DNA of 64,000 nucleotides from Bacteroidota bacterium. GTDB lineage: Bacteria; Bacteroidota; Ignavibacteria; Kapaibacteriales; Kapaibacteriaceae. The notes beneath the pieces are model-generated. The model was not told the DNA's origin. It worked only from the letters and a program-made list of their open reading frames with translations, and did no database searches. Within the stretch, counting starts at the first letter, position 1. Every line of letters starts with the position of its first letter. Positions 59,000 to 64,000 of this stretch are shown in pieces. Position numbers and translations under genes: made by a program. Where the stretch lies: positions 156,971-220,970 of the forward strand of contig JAFDZT010000005.1 of the NCBI GenBank assembly GCA_018266735.1, read 5' to 3'.

Positions 59000-61627
59000 A
59001 TGCAGCGTTTTTTCTTTGTCGTGTGGTGTCTGGTCCTGTGCACAGGAATCGGACGGGCTGCTGCTCCAACGACCAACGAACCCACGTTGTACGGTGTGGT
59101 GATCGAATCGTCGACGGCACCCCAGGACGGCAATGCACGCGGCGATATTCTTGACGATCCAAAGAAGATCCGCATTCTGAACCTCGGCAAGGTGATCAAC
59201 CACGCCGGCTTGGACTACGGTCCGACCATCAGTGCTGATGGCAAGACCTTGTATTTCGTGTCGAACCGAAAGGGAGGCCGCATCACCCGTGATGGCGACT
59301 TCTCGCACGACTTCTGGGCGGCAAAGAAGCTGAACAACCTGGACACGGTGTTCTTCTCGCCCTACAACATCGACACCGTGGATGCAGGCGTGAACAGTGT
59401 GTTCAACGAAGGCGTGGCGACCATCGCTGCCGACCGTCAGACACTCTACTTCACGGGTTGTAACCGCCCGGATGGCTTGGGCGACTGCGACATCTACGTT
59501 TCCGAAGTGCAAGGCGATCGCTGGGGCAAGCCGGTCAACCTCGGTCCGAACGTCAACTCCGAGTTCTGGGATTCCCAGCCGACGATCTCTCCCGACAAGA
59601 CACGACTGTATTTCGTCTCGAACCGCCCTTCGCCAACGAATCCCGATGGTGAAGGCGAAACGGATACCGATATCTGGTATAGCGAGTACGACGACGACAT
59701 GAATGAATGGAAGAAGGCCAAGAACCTTGGACCGGACGTGAACACGGCAAAGCGCGAAGCTTCGCCATTCATCGGTGCCGACGGAAACACACTCTTCTTC
59801 GCATCGGACGGACACGTACCGAACATGGGCGGCCTGGACTTCTATCGTACGAAGCGCACAGGCGAAAAGGACCGCGAAGGCCGTGACCGCTTTGCCAAGC
59901 CAACTCAACTCCCGGCACCGATCAACACGAAGGAAGACGAGCAGTTCATCTCCTTGCCGGCATCCGGCGACGTGCTGTACTTCTCGTCCCGTCGCAAGGA
60001 CCTCCCAGGATTCCAAGGCGACCTCGACATCTTCATGGCCTTCATCCCGACGTACTTCCGCGCTGTGAACCTTATCGTGAACGTGATCGACGAATGTACC
60101 GGTCAGGCCATCCCCGCCACGGTCACGTTCAAGAACATGAAGACGGGTCGCTCCGTCAAGGACAGCGTGAACACGGCAAGCCATGTCGAATCGAACACGA
60201 TCGTCACGAACGACGACTACGGTACGGGCGCAGCAAAAGAGCCGATGGTGCAATTCGCCATCACGGCCTTCTCTCCAGCCTACGGCGAGCGTAGCATCAA
60301 CGTCGACGTTGAAGATCCGGGCGAGACCACAGATGCAAATGCTCTGAACGGCGGCGAGATCCGCAAGACGATCATGCTTGGACAACGTCCGGTGATCGGA
60401 TCCGAAATGGCCTTCTCGGCCTGGTCGAAGCAAAAGAACAACGCGTTCCGCGGTCTCGTGATGGAAGAGAAAGCAACGATCATTCTCTATCCGCTCCTGA
60501 ACTACATCTTCTTCGATCTGAACAGCGCCGACTTCCCATCGCGCTACACGCTCTTCAAGAACGCCTCGCAAACGGCGAACTTCAACGACGAGAAGATCCC
60601 CGGCGGTACGTTCGACAAGTACTACACGGTTCTCAACATCTACGGCTATCGCCTGAAGAAGTATCCAAACGTGAAGCTCGAGCTGGTCGGATGTTTGGAT
60701 GAGACGAACGAAGACAAGAACTCCGATCTTTCGAAGCGCCGTGCCGAAGTGGTCTTCAACTACTTGAAGAACATCTGGGGCATCGACGAAAGCCGCATGA
60801 AGATCACATCACGCGGTTGGCCGGCACTGAAGTCCAACATCAAGGATTCCTTCGGGATCGTTGAGAATCGCCGCACTGAGATCCTCTTCAGCGGTGATCC
60901 GGAAGAAGTATGGCAGTGTATGCGTCCGATCCTCGACAACGATCCAACGCTCACACCCGATCCCGACAAGATGAACTTCACGATGAAGAACGGTATCGAT
61001 AACGAGATCGTAGCTTCACGTCGCATCGAAGTGATGCGCAACGGTCAGCTCTGGAAGACGCTCAAGGAAGTTGGAACAGTCGATCCTACGAAGGAATGGG
61101 ACTGGGCCAATGAGTTGGGCGATTATCCGAAGGACGAAGTGCCGTATGAGTGTACACTGATCGTGACGTCGAAGAATGGTACTGAATGCCGTTCCGAAGT
61201 TCACAAGATCCCTGTCAAGCAGATCAGCACCAAGGAGATCGCCACAACACGTGGTGAGCAAAAGACACTGGAAAAGTACAACCTCATCCTCTTCCCGTTC
61301 GACAAGTACGAAGCAGGTCCGTTCAACGAGCGCATCTTGCAAGAGTACGTGTACCCACGCGTGAAGGCGAACTCCGAGATCCATGTTGAAGGTCACACGG
61401 ACGTTGTTGGTATGTACGAGCACAACAAGAAGCTCTCTGAGAATCGCGCAGGAACGGTCAAGAAGGGCGTCGATGCCAAGACCGGTGGCAAGTATCTGAG
61501 CCTCGAAAGCATCGGTACCGGTGAGGATCAAGAGCTGTACACGAACAATCTGCCGGAAGGTCGATTCTTCAACCGTACCGTGCAGGTTCGCATCGAAACA
61601 CCAATCGATATGTCCGGCCAACCCTAA
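59000..61627 (+). CDS. OmpA-family outer membrane/periplasmic protein with TolB-like PD40 beta-propeller repeats, a carboxypeptidase-regulatory-like domain and two tandem C-terminal OmpA domains (PorE-like architecture).
   Basis: Signal peptide MQRFFFVVWCLVLCTGIGRAAA. PD40 repeats (YFVSNRKGG, YFTGCNRPDG, LYFVSNRPSP, LFFASDGH). CRD-like segment (LIVNVIDECTGQAIPATVTF). Two OmpA_C modules ending …LPEGRFFNRTVQVRIETP. Paralogous to the C-terminus of the 4903-6906 protein. Confidence 0.7.
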   Translation: MQRFFFVVWCLVLCTGIGRAAAPTTNEPTLYGVVIESSTAPQDGNARGDILDDPKKIRILNLGKVINHAGLDYGPTISADGKTLYFVSNRKGGRITRDGDFSHDFWAAKKLNNLDTVFFSPYNIDTVDAGVNSVFNEGVATIAADRQTLYFTGCNRPDGLGDCDIYVSEVQGDRWGKPVNLGPNVNSEFWDSQPTISPDKTRLYFVSNRPSPTNPDGEGETDTDIWYSEYDDDMNEWKKAKNLGPDVNTAKREASPFIGADGNTLFFASDGHVPNMGGLDFYRTKRTGEKDREGRDRFAKPTQLPAPINTKEDEQFISLPASGDVLYFSSRRKDLPGFQGDLDIFMAFIPTYFRAVNLIVNVIDECTGQAIPATVTFKNMKTGRSVKDSVNTASHVESNTIVTNDDYGTGAAKEPMVQFAITAFSPAYGERSINVDVEDPGETTDANALNGGEIRKTIMLGQRPVIGSEMAFSAWSKQKNNAFRGLVMEEKATIILYPLLNYIFFDLNSADFPSRYTLFKNASQTANFNDEKIPGGTFDKYYTVLNIYGYRLKKYPNVKLELVGCLDETNEDKNSDLSKRRAEVVFNYLKNIWGIDESRMKITSRGWPALKSNIKDSFGIVENRRTEILFSGDPEEVWQCMRPILDNDPTLTPDPDKMNFTMKNGIDNEIVASRRIEVMRNGQLWKTLKEVGTVDPTKEWDWANELGDYPKDEVPYECTLIVTSKNGTECRSEVHKIPVKQISTKEIATTRGEQKTLEKYNLILFPFDKYEAGPFNERILQEYVYPRVKANSEIHVEGHTDVVGMYEHNKKLSENRAGTVKKGVDAKTGGKYLSLESIGTGEDQELYTNNLPEGRFFNRTVQVRIETPIDMSGQP

Positions 61628-61655
61628 GTAGACATTCGTTCAATGTTTGAACTCA

Positions 61656-61686
61656 AAGGAGGATGGAAACATCCTCCTTTTTTTTA
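61656..61686 (+). terminator. Rho-independent terminator downstream of the OmpA-family gene (10-bp stem AAGGAGGATG/CATCCTCCTT, GAAA loop, T9 run).
   Basis: Read directly. The ORF-track start of the following gene at 61663 lies inside this hairpin and is rejected. Confidence 0.75.
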
Positions 61687-61692
61687 CCGCGT

Positions 61693-62463
61693 ATGATCCA
61701 CTGGAATGTAAGCCCGATCGCCTTTGACCTTGGATTCATTGCTCCACGGTGGTATGGCGTGCTGTTCGCTACAGCGTTCTTCCTCAGCTATGTTGTGATG
61801 CGGAAGATCTATGAGCGCGAAAAGCGCACGCAGGTGGATCTCGATGCACTTACGATCACCGTGATCGTTTCGACGATCGTTGGGGCGCGTCTCGGGCACG
61901 TCTTCTTCTACGAGCCGAGCATCATGCTCAACGATCCGTTGGAGACATTCGCCGTATGGCACGGTGGCCTTGCAAGTCACGGCGGCGCCTTGGGCATCAT
62001 CACCGGACTATGGATCTATCACAAGCGTCGTCCATCATTCTCCTTCATCTGGTTGCTCGATCGTCTTGCCATCGTTGCCGCCCTAAGCGGCATGTGCATT
62101 CGCATCGGTAATCTCTTCAACTCCGAGATCATCGGACACGAGACAACGGTGCCATGGGCATTCGTGTTCGAGCGCGTCGACATGCTTCCTCGCCACCCTA
62201 CGCAGATCTATGAGGCCCTTGTCTGCCTTGCTTTGTTCGTGTTGCTGTGGCGCATGTACAACGCCGGCGTGGCCATGCGAGCGCCGGGCAGATTGATCGG
62301 AACGTTCCTTGTGCTGCTCTTCACAGCACGGTTCTTCATCGAGTTCCTAAAGGAACGTCAGGTGGAATTCGAGAATGCCCTTCCCATCGACATGGGACAG
62401 ATCCTGAGCATACCGTTCGTGGTCGTCGGTGTGTGGCTTCTACTTCGAGATCGGACTAAATGA
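61693..62463 (+). CDS. lgt: Prolipoprotein diacylglyceryl transferase.
   Basis: …SPIAFDLGFIAPRWYG… and the Lgt signature WHGGLASHGGALG. Confidence 0.85.
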   Translation: MIHWNVSPIAFDLGFIAPRWYGVLFATAFFLSYVVMRKIYEREKRTQVDLDALTITVIVSTIVGARLGHVFFYEPSIMLNDPLETFAVWHGGLASHGGALGIITGLWIYHKRRPSFSFIWLLDRLAIVAALSGMCIRIGNLFNSEIIGHETTVPWAFVFERVDMLPRHPTQIYEALVCLALFVLLWRMYNAGVAMRAPGRLIGTFLVLLFTARFFIEFLKERQVEFENALPIDMGQILSIPFVVVGVWLLLRDRTK

Positions 62464-63216
62464 GGCGACCATACTGATGAGGTCGTTCTTGGTGTTGGCG
62501 TCGGTCGCGTGCACGTTGTAGTTGGCAGCAGCTACATAGGCAAGGCCATTGCTGATGACGACCTTCATGTAGGACTGTCCGCCATTCTCCGCATTGGTGA
62601 ACGTGAGAAACGCGGTCTGATTGGCCTCGTCGTATCGGACGGTAGGGTTCTGGTCGATCAATCCGACCTGCTTCATGCTTTCTACAGTGAGTTCCACACA
62701 GCTACGCACGTCGGAACACCCTTGCATCGGACCTCGTGTCACGTTCAAGAACTCACCTCCGGCACCACGGATCTGTGTAACGGGCACAAGAGGGTTCTGG
62801 AATCCCTCGTCGTCGTTCTGAATGGACCATGCCGAGGGGTTACTGGCAGAGATCACAAATCCCGCTTTGCGGTTGATCAAATTCTTTCCGACGAACTTGC
62901 CGGCATCGATCACCTGTCCGCTGGCTTCCACACGTTGCACGACACTATCGCTGATCGTTCCCGTGCTGAACTGCACATCGCCATTTGACGTCTGCAGCGA
63001 GGACGAGGGTTGTTGGATCTGTTCTCCAATGGGCTTGTCCAAACTCACCTTGAACTTACCCGACGTGATGTCGATGTCCAGATCGCCCTTGCGATCGCCA
63101 ACGGTATTGAAGAACAGGATCATCGCCAATACGCCAAGCACCCCACCGGCCCCTACGGTGATCATCAGTCGCTTGGTCTTTTCGCGTTCGACGGCAATGT
63201 TGGTTTCGTCGGACAT
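62440..63216 (-). CDS. Hypothetical membrane-anchored (N-terminal TM) periplasmic protein, 258 aa. The 253-aa ORF extension antisense to hbd is rejected.
   Basis: Internal start MSDETNIAVEREKTKRLMITVGAGGVLGVLAMILFF, with GGAGGGG located 7 nt upstream. Stop overlaps the lgt 3' end. Confidence 0.45.
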   Translation of the reverse strand: MSDETNIAVEREKTKRLMITVGAGGVLGVLAMILFFNTVGDRKGDLDIDITSGKFKVSLDKPIGEQIQQPSSSLQTSNGDVQFSTGTISDSVVQRVEASGQVIDAGKFVGKNLINRKAGFVISASNPSAWSIQNDDEGFQNPLVPVTQIRGAGGEFLNVTRGPMQGCSDVRSCVELTVESMKQVGLIDQNPTVRYDEANQTAFLTFTNAENGGQSYMKVVISNGLAYVAAANYNVHATDANTKNDLISMVASFSPISK

Positions 63217-63300
63217 GGCCCCTCCACAGTGAAGGCTCAAACATACGCCTGCAAGCGGTAATTTCGTGCAACAACGACCATCACGAACATAGAGGCGTAC

Positions 63301-64000
63301 ATGTCGATCCAAACGATCACGGTCATCGGTGCCGGCACCATGGGAAATGGTATCGCGCACGTATCCGCACAACACGGCTTCACGGTCACTTTGTGCGACG
63401 TGAGCCAGGCCGCACTTGACAAGGCCATGAAGACCATCACAGGTAATCTCGACCGTCAGGTGAAGAAGGAAGCGATCACCGAGGACGAGAAGAATGCCAC
63501 CCTTGCACGCATCACCACGCAAACATCCCTTGAGGAAGCTGCACGTGCCGCAGATCTTGTGATCGAGGCTGCCAGCGAGCGCCTCGAGATCAAGCAACAG
63601 ATCTTCGCCACACTGGATGCCGTCTGCAAGCCCGACGCCATCCTTGCCTCGAACACATCGTCCATCTCCATCACACTCCTTGCCGGCGGTACGAAGCGTG
63701 CCGACAAGTTCATCGGCATGCACTTCTTCAATCCGGTACCGGTGATGAAGTTGTGTGAGATCATTCGCGGTCTTGCCACGAGTGACGAAACGTATACAAC
63801 CGTGAAGGACATGGCAGAGAAGCTCAGCAAGGTCCCTGTGGAGGTGCAGGACTATCCCGGCTTCATCAGCAATCGCATTCTCATGCCCATGATCAACGAG
63901 GCGGTGTATTGCGTGATGGAAGGGATCGCATCGATCGAGGACATCGACACGGTGATGAAACTTGGAATGGCGCATCCGATGGGTCCGCTCACGCTTGCCG
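63301..64000 (+). CDS. 3-hydroxybutyryl-CoA / 3-hydroxyacyl-CoA dehydrogenase (partial, runs off the window end).
   Basis: ITVIGAGTMGNGIA Rossmann motif. …ASNTSSISIT… catalytic region. Open to the window edge, so it is absent from the ORF track. Confidence 0.85.
   Translation, partial: MSIQTITVIGAGTMGNGIAHVSAQHGFTVTLCDVSQAALDKAMKTITGNLDRQVKKEAITEDEKNATLARITTQTSLEEAARAADLVIEAASERLEIKQQIFATLDAVCKPDAILASNTSSISITLLAGGTKRADKFIGMHFFNPVPVMKLCEIIRGLATSDETYTTVKDMAEKLSKVPVEVQDYPGFISNRILMPMINEAVYCVMEGIASIEDIDTVMKLGMAHPMGPLTLA

Noticed and set aside
58979-60571. 530-aa minus-strand ORF
   Set aside because: Antisense to the PD40/OmpA gene, whose PD40 repeats and OmpA domains are unambiguous.
61663-61692. 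ORF-track start codon for lgt at 61663
   Set aside because: The ATG lies inside the stem-loop of a strong rho-independent terminator (AAGGAGGATG-GAAA-CATCCTCCTT-T9). The ATG at 61693, just after the T-run, gives the canonical Lgt N-terminus.
62440-63975. Full 511-aa minus-strand ORF
   Set aside because: The upstream 253 aa are antisense to the 3-hydroxyacyl-CoA dehydrogenase gene, which has a strong Rossmann motif. The downstream part has its own ATG, an RBS (GGAGGGG) and an N-terminal TM helix, so only 62440-63216 was kept.

Overview
High-GC (about 60%) chromosomal segment from a bacterium of the FCB group (Bacteroidota/Rhodothermota-like). This is suggested by three type IX secretion C-terminal sorting domains, a DUF2723 glycosyltransferase, an Omp28-like lipoprotein, a SPOR protein and Shine-Dalgarno-poor starts. 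Coding density is high, and many same-strand neighbours overlap by 4 bp (ATGA). Most of the window is housekeeping: eno, trxA, coaE, mdh, pyk, murG, lgt, rsmB, rplU-rpmA, rfbC, acyl-CoA and hydroxyacyl-CoA dehydrogenases. The rest is cell-envelope genes: OmpA-family proteins, beta-barrel proteins, T9SS cargo and lipoproteins. The long ORFs in alternate frames and on opposite strands are the usual high-GC artefacts. Strand and frame were chosen from recognisable domains, signal peptides and translational coupling. The stand-out region is a roughly 5.4 kb low-GC island (about 45-50% GC, roughly 13.7-19.1 kb). It lies immediately 3' of a tRNA-Glu(TTC) gene, and no integrase is present. It encodes a complete Type III restriction-modification system whose mod and res genes are separated by two extra genes: a zeta-toxin-like P-loop kinase and an unknown 73-aa protein. 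All four genes are fused into one translationally coupled operon. A G10 homopolymer sits just upstream of the mod promoter region. This mod/zeta-like/small-ORF/res cassette is the best candidate for an undescribed composite defence or addiction system. Secondary points are a (TCACTYG)x6 tandem repeat in front of eno, two paralogous proteins ending in the same tandem OmpA module (one with a PorE-like architecture), and a TlpA/beta-barrel/CxxC-lipoprotein operon.
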